A stretch of DNA of 64,000 nt from Callorhinchus milii (lineage: Eukaryota), in assembly GCF_018977255.1 (NCBI RefSeq), contig NW_024704742.1, positions 119,848,001-119,912,000 on the forward strand. The letters are read 5' to 3'. A program made the translations under genes and the position numbers. Each line of letters starts with the position of its first letter. Within the stretch, counting starts at the first letter, position 1. Below the pieces are notes generated by a model. The model made no database searches, was not told where the DNA came from, and saw nothing but the letters and a program-made list of their open reading frames with translations. Below, piece after piece: positions 50,342-62,654 of the stretch.

Positions 50342-53300
50342 CTAAAAAAGAAAAGACCATGTAAGCGAGTGGACAAAAACAGGTTAATCACACACCAACT
50401 TGTGCTCTAATAAGTATGACTGTATTTCAATAAGGTATTACAATGTGCAGTACATACAATTTAAAATTTGAAAATTATCACAAATCAGTGCTGGCTTGAT
50501 GAATGAAATGATAAATAATAAAAATAATTCTTGCATTTGATATAGAGCCTTATCACATCTTTGAGACGTCTCAAAGCTCTTCACAGAATATACTGTAAAG
50601 TGAATTGACTGCATAATTCTAATGTAATTTTCAATCTTGCAATTTGATCCATTGATCAGGCCACATGGACAATAGAAACAAGACTTGTATTCAACACCAG
50701 CATAAATCCAGGCAATTTTAATGCCCTATTTATAACTGTGTTAATGTAATGTTTCTATATCAAATCAACTCTAAAGGTCCAACATGAATCAGATTTGAAG
50801 CGCTTATGAATCAGGTTTCATAGGCATCTATTAGCCCCAAAAACAAATTGGTGAAGCCTCAGGCCCTGGGTTCAAGAATTAAATCAATGTATACGTATGG
50901 CTCAGTTTCACTCTAGCCAATGACTTTGCGAAATGAGTTATTAGCAAACTGCGGAAACAATTTTATCAGTAACCAGATAATTCATAAATGGTCACTTCTT
51001 GGAATGATCAGTTTAGTGGCACTTACTTCAACTGTTGTATGGTTTACTCATGCAATATTTTATGTATTGGATCGAGGCCACGTTTTCAGCCACTATACCC
51101 CGTAGCTTTGGAACTCTCTCACCCAATCCCTCCATTTTATAATTATAATTCTTGTGTTTGATATAGTGCCTTAACACGTCTTCGAGACGTCTCAAAGCAC
51201 TGCACAGAATATACTATAAAGTGAATTAACTGTATATTTTTGTGACATTGCACCCTCCTTCCACTCTTTTAGATCATGAATGAAGACCTTCTACTTCAAC
51301 CGTGTGTACAGTCACCGTTAGCTCAGTCTCCGTCACTATTAAGTGCTCCGAGACATCCTCCTGGTGAAAGGCGCTATACAAATGTAAGTTGCTCTTTTAT
51401 TAATCATTGTCAATAGTATTTCTTTGTCCGTCTTGTTCTGGCTATGGAGATGCCATTACAAACAAAATTCAGTACTCTGCTTATTCAAAAAAAAAGTAAA
51501 ATGTAAAGAATTATGAACGCTCTTAATGTACATAAGCAGTTTGTTACAGTAGTGATATTTAACCCACCTATATATCAGCACAAGATAACGTGGCAGCATT
51601 CAGGATTATTTTCTTTTTTATCTGCTTACAAATCACCACGATGAAAGCAGATTTAGAAAATATAATCCAGTACATTAAGACTGTTCATAAATCACTGCTC
51701 CTTTCAACACATTGTTCAAAGAAGGACTGAACTATTCCTCACAATACAGTAATCTGTACTCCTAAAAGATATACTCCAACAACAAGCCATAATGGAAATG
51801 CTGCAGTGTTCAGTTGCCGCATCTCCAATTACCAGGTTCACCAGGACTACCAATCATCCACACATTTAAACTGTTTATAACCAATACATGTCTAACAGAC
51901 ATCTGGAAACCCTCATAAGGTACTGCGATTACTTGAAGTATTGAATGTCATGGCTTACAAAGAAACAATGAACAGAAATACTGACCTCTGTGCATGCAGT
52001 ATTCAGACCACGTTAGTAGCAAATATGACTTGTTTATGTGTCAAGTCATTTCTGAATAATCTCAGTACTTTTCCCAGTTAGCTGACAGATGGTATGCTAA
52101 TAGTTATAAACTGCTTATGTTACCTTGCTTTAGGTGTCGGCCTAGCTTATTTGGTAGCACTTGCACCTTCAAGTCAGCAGGTTGTGGGTTCAAGCCCTAT
52201 GTTTGATATTTAAATTCACACAGGCTGACACTCAAACACAGTGCTTGGGGTGTGCTGCACTGTTAGAGTTGCCTTCTTTCAGATGAAATTTAAACCAAGG
52301 TCTTGCTTGTCTGATTACTTACTGAACCAGGACATTTTACTACTTGAAAGCTGTTTTATAAGAGCAACTTGTTGGAACTAAGCACAAAGGAATATCAGGA
52401 AAATTATATGGAGAATGAAACCTCATTTATACCTTCTGCTCTTTATCACACCTAATAAAGAGTTTGGGAATTAAAACCACCTTCAAATCAAGCCACTCGT
52501 CTCATACTGTAATGTGGAGATTCAACCTGCTCCTGAAATGGTTCACTTTGTTACCTTTCTCCCTGCCTTGAAAAATCCTCTTAAAACATTTCTCTTTGAC
52601 TGCTCTGTTGGTCACACCTTATTAATGTCTTATTTCTCTGCTCGGTTAAGGTTAGGTGCACAATTACAATAGTCAAATGTTTTGAGGCTATATAAATGCA
52701 CAAGTCTCAGATGGACTCTGGAACCAAACTCCAGTAAACTGGGAAAATTCATAACAGGCTGGTTCAATGCCCCCGTAGCTGAGTTATAAGTGTACAGGAA
52801 GTGGCAGCCTGGCAACTCGGAAGTCAGTCATTTTTAAGGCGAGGAAGCTGGCTAGTTAGCTTGACTGACCACTGACTAGCACAGGTCAGCATTATACCTA
52901 CACTGTAAGTGAGGCAGTGCTTATATCACAGGGTTCCTTCAATGTCGCAATCTATAAATGTAGTACTCAATCCTTTTTATCTAGTTCCTTCTGGAAACCC
53001 CTAATAATTGCTTGTTCTATCAGCTGTGTTGGGAGTATAAGAGAAAGCTGAATACTTCTGAACTGTTCAATCTAACATGCAACTTAAGTTTAAAAATGGA
53101 GGCAGATTTAACCCCTCATTGCACCATTTTCCATGCAGACATCATTGAGGTTGAGATTTTGCTCCTGGCTGGCTCGAAGAGCTATGGCACCCTGACTGCC
53201 ACATTGGCTGAGAATAATTAACTCAGCCTAGAATGCATTGAACCTGGGACAACCTCCTGACTTGTATTTCTTTTTGGTCAGCCCACAAAATACACAGTCA

Positions 53301-54029
53301 ATCCACTTTGAGATGCCTGAAAGGTGTGATAAGGCGCTTTATCAAATACAAATATTATTATTGTTATTATTAATGTCACCAAGTAGCTGGGCCGAACAAC
53401 CTGTTTGAAGCTGAGGATTCTATGCATGTAATTTTATGCATGTACCTGGTTATTAGTAATATAAGTTTCTGCTGTTTTCAGGCAGGAATATACCATTTGT
53501 GTCTCTTACCCCTCCCATCCAGCCACATAAAAGATTACTGGAAAAAGTTCTGTCAAAACGTGGTGATCATAGTGTTCCTGGGGTCAGTCATTGTATTTTC
53601 ACACACGATTTGATTTGACGACCACATCATTACATCCTGGAAAATGACTCCATATGTAGTGCTGATTGGCAAACACTGTAATTAGTTCTTTCTCAGCATA
53701 CCATCAGTTGAAAGCAAATTCCTTTGCAGTCAGCAGTTAAGCAGTGAAAGAAAGAAATATACTTCCTATCTAAAAACCTAGATAACGTTCAATTAAAATT
53801 GAAGTTTGTTTCAAGAAGCAGAATATGCAAATGAAACAGTTCAGTTGAGTTAATCTCATTTCACATTTCCTTTAAGTGAATGAATGTTCAGCTATAAGAC
53901 ACTCACTTAGCAATAGTAGAGGGCAACAAATATAACTGGGCCAAGTGTTATATGATTATATCAGGCACAACTTAATTTATTTTATGACGGAGGGGGGAAG
54001 AAAGAGAGAGAATAAACAAGCTCACTTAC

Positions 54030-54119
54030 TTTCCGAAGTTTGCTGGTAAAAATTCCAAAAAGGCATCATTTAGGTAAAGCTGAGTCAGATTTAGTAACTG
54101 TGTGAAGCCTTCCGGTAGC
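54030..54119 (-). CDS. ERBIN: ERBIN LRR exon [29 protein letters not shown](K)
   Basis: ttccag|...|gtaagt; 90 nt, phase 2-2. Confidence 0.97.
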
Positions 54120-55517
54120 CTGGAACAAAAGGTCAGTGTGTTTAGTGGGGAAGCGGGGGGAGAGAGCTGAGGGGCCAGTCCCTTAATATTTTGACATGGG
54201 GTGGAAATGGCAAGTCTGCAGACACCAAATTGATTGCAAAATTTAAGATGTTTGGATACAATACAAAAATGCATAAGAATGTCTTGAATGTCAGTCAAAC
54301 GTAAAGGGAATACTTAAAAATCCCAAACCCGTACTGAATTCCGTACTAGTACTGAAAAATAAGTGAATATTTCAATGTCAAGAGCACATTATTATATAAA
54401 ATAAGGAACTTGTTGATTATACAAACACTGAATGCCATTATGCAGGATAGCAATTGAAACTAAAATGAAATATTTCTGGTGTAAACTGAGCTAGGGAATA
54501 CAAATCAAGCAAAATGAGATGGAAACACTAAGGTAATTGGCAAAAGTTTTGCAAATAAAGGAGGTGGAATTAAAGGACAATTCTATATTTTGGATCATTG
54601 AGCTTAAAGAGTGAGGCAAAAGAAGCTAAATTAATTCTCATGAGAAAAATATTGGTGTAAAACCCAAGCTGCCTTGTTTGCAGTCAACAATGCAGTGACA
54701 GACTATCAGTCTTCATGATACCACACTGAAAAGTAAACTCCGTTTTAACTACCCTAACCAGAAAAAACTTCGAACACATTCTTTATTAAACCTGCCTAGT
54801 TAAAGAGTAACCTCATGCTTTGAACTATTCCCAATGATGTTTATCTAGTGCAATGGATGTGGATTTTGTTGAAGCATTAGAAAAAATATGAATTAATCAG
54901 TCAAAAAGATAGGAAAAGCGATTTTTCTAAAAATTGCATTGCACACTGAAATAAAAGCGAGTTGGATAGGCTGAAAATGGATGTTTCTCATTCCTATATT
55001 CTTATGAAAAATCCACGTTTTGCTAATCTCCAGTTATAACTCACTCAGACTTATAACTTGGTATATCACACCTATATCACCAAGGGGAACAAAACGATGC
55101 TTGCAAGCTGCATTGTGAATGAAGAATAATGAGAGTTCAAATTTAATCCAATTTTTTATATACATTTGTGTTATAAGCCCAATTAAATTATAATAAACAC
55201 CCCAAAGATGTACTTGGTATCATTTAGTAATGCCCCTTTTAAAACATCAATACTGTAAATTGAAAATAAAGTATTCTTAAAATCCAGTACAAAAGGATTG
55301 GTTGCACTGCGATTAACATACAAGTAAGGAAATGACTTAAAAGAGATAAGCAAGTGACTAACAATTAGGATTTCGTAGGATACAATATTCCAAAAGGCAA
55401 ATGTTCCACAAACCAACTCCCCCCCACCCCCTCCCCAAAAAACATGTTTTTTATGCATATCAATATTTATTGTGTTGATCTAACACAAATCCATTCAAAA
55501 GAACAAAAAAAACTCAC

Positions 55518-55596
55518 TTTGCAATAGGATTTACACTGGCCTCAACAACAGATAGGACCCTGCAGTTTTTGATATTTTCTGGAAATTCTTGAATGC
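55518..55596 (-). CDS. ERBIN: ERBIN LRR exon (G)[25 protein letters not shown](K); most 5' coding exon in window
   Basis: tttcag|...|gtgagt; 79 nt, phase 1-2. Confidence 0.97.
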
Positions 55597-56029
55597 CTGA
55601 AAGATATTTAAAAAGGTCTATTTATTCCAACAGTTACACATCAGCAAAAAAAGTGTCTAGATAAATGTTATATAGATACATCCTGCTTCGAAATAAATGA
55701 TACAGGACAATATTTGAAAAAAATACAGACCATTATTCTTTAGTCTAAAATTTATTTACACCATGTACATTCCACAATGTCTATATTGTAATCAATTTTA
55801 GAAATGCTCCCAATTCTGAGTTTTTAAGCACAATCTTACATTGTTTCTATCAACCATTTTATCCACATACACAAAATGGTAGATTTTAAAGTTGGCAAAG
55901 GAACATGAATTATTAAACCGTATCAAGATTCAAAGTCGTGTCATTTTTATTTTGCTTAAGTAAGCTCCTGTTGACGAAGACTACTGCATGCTCTTTGTTG
56001 CAACACATATGCACCATATGTAAGATATT

Positions 56030-56550
56030 AAGTCCTGAGAATATTTTAAAATTGTGCGACTTGGTGAGACCACATCTGGAAGTATTGCCTGAGGTTTTGG
56101 TCTCCCTCATTTCACACCAGGTTTTCATTTGTTGGAGAGAATGCAGGAGAGGGTTGCAAGATTAATTCCAGAATGCAAGGACAGAAAGGTTGACTTCCAT
56201 TGAACAGTTTCTCTTTCTCTCTTGAACGAAGACTGGGGGACTAGGGGGAGAAGAGAGGGACAACTCGCTGCAAGGTTAAGATTTTAAAGGGTTTGGAAAA
56301 TATGGATCGTAATATACCGTGTGCAAAATTACAGAAAGGTGACAAATATTCAAAATATGAACAAGACAAAACAGGAATCGCAAAAGACTTTTTAGTCAAG
56401 TGGTGGACCAGAATTGGTGTTAGAACAAGCTACCAAGGGCTTCAAAAAGATAAGTCCCTGTCAAATAAAAGGATTCATCGTTAGATTTACAGATGGTTAC
56501 TTCAAAGTAATATTGTGGTAAATTGGATGGGTAAACTAGATGGACCCATA
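56030..56550 (+). mobile_element. old CR1 fragment
   Basis: ttggtgagaccacatctgga (LVRPHLE) and decayed downstream CR1 motifs. Confidence 0.6.
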
Positions 56551-58185
56551 TCGTGTAAAATTACATCCAATGTTACAGCACAGAAACCAATCATTCATCT
56601 CAACCAGTGTTTATTCTCCACATGAGCCCCTCTTAATCTCCTCTCCCATATTCCTCCATTCCCTTTTCCCTGATATATGCATCAAGTTTCCTCTTGAATA
56701 TGTTGAAGCAGAAAACACAGTTTCTGGCAATGGACATCACATTCTCACCACCCTCTGTAGAAAGAAGTTAATAATAATAATAATCCTTGCATTATCATTT
56801 CTTCAAGACGTCTCAAAACGCTTCACAGAATATACTGTAAAGTGAATTGCTGTTTCTATTTGGTGGGTGAAATGCAGCAGCCAATTGCTCACAGTAGTTC
56901 CCACAAACAGTCATGGATTGAGTGACAAAATGATTATTAATTTTAAATTCCTCCCTTTTAGATCTGCAGCTGGCTATCTTATATTCATGCCTCCCCTGTT
57001 TTGGACTCAACAACAATTGTAAATGGCCTATTAATGTCCACCTTATTCAACCCTTCCATAATTTTAAACACCTCTATCAGGTTTCCTTAATCATCTCATC
57101 TCCAGGGAGAAAAGCTCCAACTTGTCCAATCTTTCTTGATAGTATATCGACTCATCTGTGGTAACAAGACATGATAATAACATCCTACTATTATAACCCT
57201 CAGTTAACTAAACTGTCAGAGGCTTCACACTTTATATTTTTGTGGTGAAACAAATGCTTGATAAATTTAAAATAATTAAGGTACAGTATGTACACATATA
57301 TTTCCCTGAAAAAAGTTTACAATACTTAATGATGGAGATTTTTAAGATCCTTTGATATTGTAAAGGTGCTTTGACAGTCTTCATTATAAAACAAGGTTTT
57401 TAAGGTGCTACCCAACTAATCTGCTCATTTGACAGAAATTACTACCAGAAACTAGATTCAAATGAATGAGATGCCAGAGAAGAGGGCTCCCATTCCCGAG
57501 AGTTAAAATCCTAAATTCCAACCCTCATTTGAAATTCAAAACAGAATATCCTGAACAGGCAAGTTTCCCCATTTCTACCACACATTCCAAGGTGATGAGT
57601 ATAGTAGAGTTCTCTGGATTTTCAGCTGTGATACTATAACTCATCATTAAAGCATCTGGCCATCAGCCAACCACCTGAATACAATTTCATGCATGAATTA
57701 AAAAAGTTTCGCAAATTTAGATAACTTTTCAGTTTCAAAAGGATTAAAAGCTATAGCATCAATGATGTCTATGATACATAGAAGACCAGTTTGTCAATCT
57801 CTTATTCAGATATAAATTAATAGACATCAAGTCCTGTGAAATCAGAAAACAAAGGAGGATTTGTTCCAAGACACTCAACTTTTTATGAAGAATACAGTGT
57901 GTGTTCTGCAGAATTTGTAATCTACAACGTTAATACACAATTGGCCTTAAAGTTACCCATCCAAAAAATAATCTAATACTAACACAATTTATCAGTGATA
58001 GTGAAAGTTTCAAGTAATTGGTTAACCTATTTCAGGTTTAAAATAATAAATAATAAAATAATGGAATTTTTGTTTTTAAAAAAACATTTGCTCCAAATGG
58101 AAAGGGCACATAGGCATCACTGCACATGAAGTGGAATAGTCAGGCTCGCATGCACTCATGGTCCATAGAAATATGAGGGAATGCA

Positions 58186-58546
58186 TAATAATAATCCTTG
58201 CATTTGACATAGTACCTTAGCACGTCTTCAAGACGTCTCAAAGCGCTTCACAGAATACTGTAAAGTGAATTGACTATATTGTGTTGGCAAAACACGGCAG
58301 CCAATTGTGCACTACAGTATCCCACAATAGTCATGGATTGAGTGACCAAATTCGTATTTCTTTATTTTTTTTGAAGGGATTATTAGCCCCAGAAAAGCGA
58401 TCTGCCAATCGACTAACAACTGGGTTCCTTCTTCCTGCTAGGTAAACAAAGGAGTGTGGAGTAAGGAAACTTGCCTAACATTTCGTCCTACTCAGGTCCT
58501 CTTGGTTGCGAGGTAAGCGCTCTAACCAATACGCTACAGGACTCCA
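58186..58546 (-). mobile_element. tRNA-derived SINE, long subfamily, full length
   Basis: Head ggagtcctgtagcgtattggttagagcgcttacctcgcaa, central segment, shared tail and (att)n end. Confidence 0.88.
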
Positions 58547-58804
58547 CGAATACAACAGTAAGGAAAATGCTGTTCTGGTGCCTTCTCTTCTTCCACACTT
58601 TAAATCAGACATAAAGCTGTAGCTCTACCATATGATCCCATTGATTTTTTTTCCCTCAATGATCTATTCCTATTTTCTAAATGAACTGCACTTTCATCAT
58701 CTTTACCCCAAGTACTGGAGGCCCCAGAAAGTAATACAATGAATATGCCCAATGAAATACAAATATTATTTTTTTTACTTCAGGTCAGGAGCAGAGGTTC
58801 CTTT

Positions 58805-59070
58805 GCACTCCTAGCCTTGTGGTTAGTGCACTCGCCTCGGAAGTGAAAGGACCTATGTTCAATTCCTAAGTAGGGGAAAACCTTTGGTTAGTTTTCTCAC
58901 TCCAGCTTCCATAACAGTAGGTAGGAACCTCGTTGTTACTCGATTGGCGCATTGCTTTCTGAGCATAATAATCCCTAAACAAAAGTCAATCCACTTTCCA
59001 ATACATTCTGTGAAACATTTTGAGATTCTCAACAATGTGATAAGGCTCTATATCAAATGCAAAGATTATT
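58805..59070 (+). mobile_element. tRNA-derived SINE, long subfamily, internally deleted
   Basis: ctagccttgtggttagtgcactcgcctcg...gttcaattcc...; tail ctatatcaaatgcaaagattatt. Confidence 0.8.
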
Positions 59071-61017
59071 ACCATGCGCTATGTGCTCCAACCACCAGCC
59101 AGGTCAAAGGCAGAATAAACTGCTTTAATGTAAAGGTCTGTGTCAGTTTGGAGTTCTGAAATAGAGGAAACTCATTCTGCAGATCTTTCCTGAAAAAAAT
59201 CTAAATTTTGTGTACCCTTCATTGACACTAATCTTTGAACTAGAGCAATAGAGCAAGTTAAATGTATTGAATGCTGTAAGTGAACAATTGTGAAGAACCA
59301 ACATCATTCGAAGTGTGAATCGCCACCAAATGTCTACTATAAACAGTGCTGAGGTACTGTGAATCATTAAACCCCCTGCTCCTAACACCACCTGGAGGTT
59401 TCAGTTTCACGTGAGATTTGCATTCAGCAGGTGCAAATCACACAGGCATAGTACCTCAGTCAAAGTTCTCAGGTCAACCATCACATGGCCTAGGAACACT
59501 GAATGCGTAATTTTTAATTATATTGCAAAGCTGGTTGTGCAATATTAAAAAAAACACCCAATTTGGTGTTTTGGAACATTTAATTGATAATCAGGCATTT
59601 AGAATGAATGGTTCACCCCGATTCCAAGAAATGTTGATCAAGATGCATTGCAGCAATCGCATTTCCTGCTTCATATCGCTATCCAGACAGGAGTGAAGCA
59701 GTTCTGGATCCAGCAGTATAAATAGAACTAAATTAAACAGTGCTAATTTTAGAATTAATAGCTGACAAGTTGTTGCATTTTCGAAGAGAAAACAAATTCT
59801 CAGGACTGTGCAGGCCCCAGTCCTCCCTGTTGTGATCCAAGGCATCATTTCACATCTCCTCCACACTCCCCCCACCGTCTCTCCGCCCCGCCAAACCCAT
59901 TGGGCAATGATCTTTACTGGAAGCAGGCACCGAGTACACTTGGTTGCCAACTATTCTGTTTAAAGCAACTATATTTACAATATCAGATGATGCACGATTT
60001 TAATTTCAACAAACAATTCTTCAACATAGCAATACACAAAACACTTCAAAACACAGGCGACAGGGACGACTTACATGCTTTTGTAACCGAATGAGGAGAA
60101 ATTGGAGGTTTTCAATCTAGTTCTCAACTAATGTCATCCTTGTTAATTCAAACTATTGAATGCCATACCTTCTGCTTTCCCACTCCTTGCATAACACTAA
60201 GATTTTATCGAAACATCTGTATCTTCTCAAACATTCAATATTTGGGGAAAGTCGTGAGTTTTGCTTTGTACCTGCTTTATTGCCCAACAACAAAACAACA
60301 ACTTGCATTTATGTGGTGCCCCTCACTCAGGGAACTGCTCTTTAGCATCAGTTAAATTTGGTCTGTTACAGTTGCTTACGTAGTGCTTGTTGTGTGAAAA
60401 TGAGTGTCAAAGCTTCTAAGAGTATAAAAGTACTGCATGTAACAGAATGACATCACCCATTTCTGCACTCGTGCATCAGTTACACTTTCACTGATGCTAA
60501 CTGTGGAAATAAGTGTCCAATGGAAGAATGATTCCACCACCAAAAAGTAGACTAGCCCGTGAGATAAAGAGTTCTGTTGCCAACCAAACAGCATAAAGTA
60601 ATTCATGCACTCAATAGTTAAGTGGGTAAATGCATCTCACAGTGTGAGGCTGAGACAGTTAAATTCCAGGTTTGTTCTCTGCTGAGTTGCTGATCTCAGC
60701 CAGGGAATAATAGACCTCAAGCATTTTCAAACCTATGGAGGAGACAAGAGAATAAATTCAGCCTGAGTTCCTTCTGCTGATACTATGCAGAGCACAGGCT
60801 GAAAAGTGTGGACAGGATCAGGAGCAACTGTGATCGCCCCTGCCCACCCTCCCTCCCCTCCCAAACTCACGTGTCTATCATCTTGCCTCGATATAAGAAT
60901 AGCAACTTGAATGAGGTGCAAGATCCGGCCAACTCCTGTGAAATCAAGCACTTAGGATGTTGTTTTCCAAGAACTATGAACAATTTGAAACAAATTCCTC
61001 CATTCGTTCTTTTATTG

Positions 61018-61312
61018 TGGAGTCCTGCAGCTCAGTGGTTAGAGCACTCGCTTTGCAAGCGAGAGACCTGAGTTCAGTTCCAGGCAGGGCCAAACCTTGG
61101 GCAAGTTTCCTTACTCCACACGCCTAATAATAATCCCTCCAAAACCAAAAACAATAATAAATTGGTCATTTTCAATCTATGACTGTTTGTGGGACATTGC
61201 TGTGCGCAATTGGCTGCCGAGTTCGCCCACAAATATACAGTCAATTCACTTTACAGTGTGTTCTGTGAAGCGCTTTGGGACGTCCCCCCGACGTGAAAAG
61301 CGCTATATATAA
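61018..61312 (+). mobile_element. tRNA(Ala)-like SINE, short subfamily, full length
   Basis: A box gcagctcagtgg, TGC anticodon-like loop, degenerate B box; highly similar to 27952-28250. Confidence 0.9.
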
Positions 61313-61322
61313 AAAAAATATT

Positions 61323-61323
61323 N
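61323..61323. other. single N (assembly ambiguity or gap)
   Basis: An n base within an A-rich tract after the SINE tail. Confidence 0.95.
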
Positions 61324-62654
61324 AAAAAAACCTCAGTAAAAGAAAACACAACTTGTATGTAATACGTCTACCCTAAATCCCAATATTCAGATTTTCTAAA
61401 CCAGCTGGTGAATGGCAATTATCCTGATCAAAGAACAATGGCCACCATTTACTTAAGAGTTTAGTTTAAATAATTTCTGAGTGCAACACAATACAAATAA
61501 AGGTTATGAACCTCAGCTCTGTAATAATCATACTTTCTACCAAACTTGAGTGGAGAACAGTGGTCCTTTATTGGTTTGCACGCATCTTGTTACAGTTGTG
61601 CATCAAATAAGGGGACAGAAATTGCTTGGAATTTATGAGGATCAACTTTCAAAAGTTTACAGTTCCACCCACCAATTAAACATAAAATGAGTTTTTTTTT
61701 ACCCCCTACAAAATGAGGCTGTTGTCAGAAACAAAGGAAATTAGATCTCTGCTCTCATCCAGCATGAAAACACCAACCCAGTAAACAAATGGGTTTGAGC
61801 ACAGATGTCCAATTTATCATACGTACCAATATAGTTCATACATATTATGTGCTCTGCATATCTAATAATGCTTTGCATGAAAGCAAATACAATTCCCAAT
61901 CAACCTTTTAGGACGGAAACATGCATCACAGGAATTCATGCGACTTCCACATAAATATTGCCACATTTTAGCCAATTTGGTATGACAGAAATTTTTCCTG
62001 AACCTGAACTCAAAAGCAATTTGTCTCATCATATCCACATATACTTTGCTACAGACGACACTGCTTACATAAAAAAGGTCTAATTGGTGGCAAAACAAGT
62101 GTATAAGCAGAGGTCACACAAAATTGATGCTGGAAGCAGCTGGAAAGTACGGAGGACATGAACTGATTGCATTGAGGTGTCAATAAACAAGTCTCACTTC
62201 CCATAAATTGAAACATTCTCCGCTGATCATTGTTGAGCAAATAATGGTTGAATTTTGGGTTAAGCCCCTGTGCATAAGAGACTATTAACAAATAGCACAT
62301 GCCTATAAAGCGGTATTGTTTTTTAAAAATTACAACAGTTGTTCTGTTGTTGAGAACACAACATTGACTGAATCTTTCAGAATTTCTGTGAGGTAGGACC
62401 AGTTATTTTACCCCTTCCATCTCATGCGAGAGGAATCAGTGGAAGCGCCAAGTAACCAGAACTGCCTCTCCTTGAGGAATTTGGTATCAGTTATAGACTA
62501 TGATAGACTTGTGTTGAAGGCTGCTCAAGAAGTAGCAATATGTTGACACAATTGGAAAGCTGTTAGTAGAAGGGCTAGACAACCACTGACCCTAAAGATT
62601 GAGTCGGCCTGTGCCCAGTTATAATCAAGATCAAGTCAGTCTTATGAGGATTCA

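Noticed and set aside
61018..61090. tRNA-Ala(TGC) gene (also at about 27952)
   Set aside because: The tRNA-like segment runs directly into a multi-copy SINE body and lacks a proper acceptor stem. It is a SINE head.
6181..61312. Recurring similar 30-60 bp sequences as a CRISPR-like array
   Set aside because: They are dispersed SINE/LINE tails in both orientations at irregular kilobase spacing, with no repeat-spacer periodicity.
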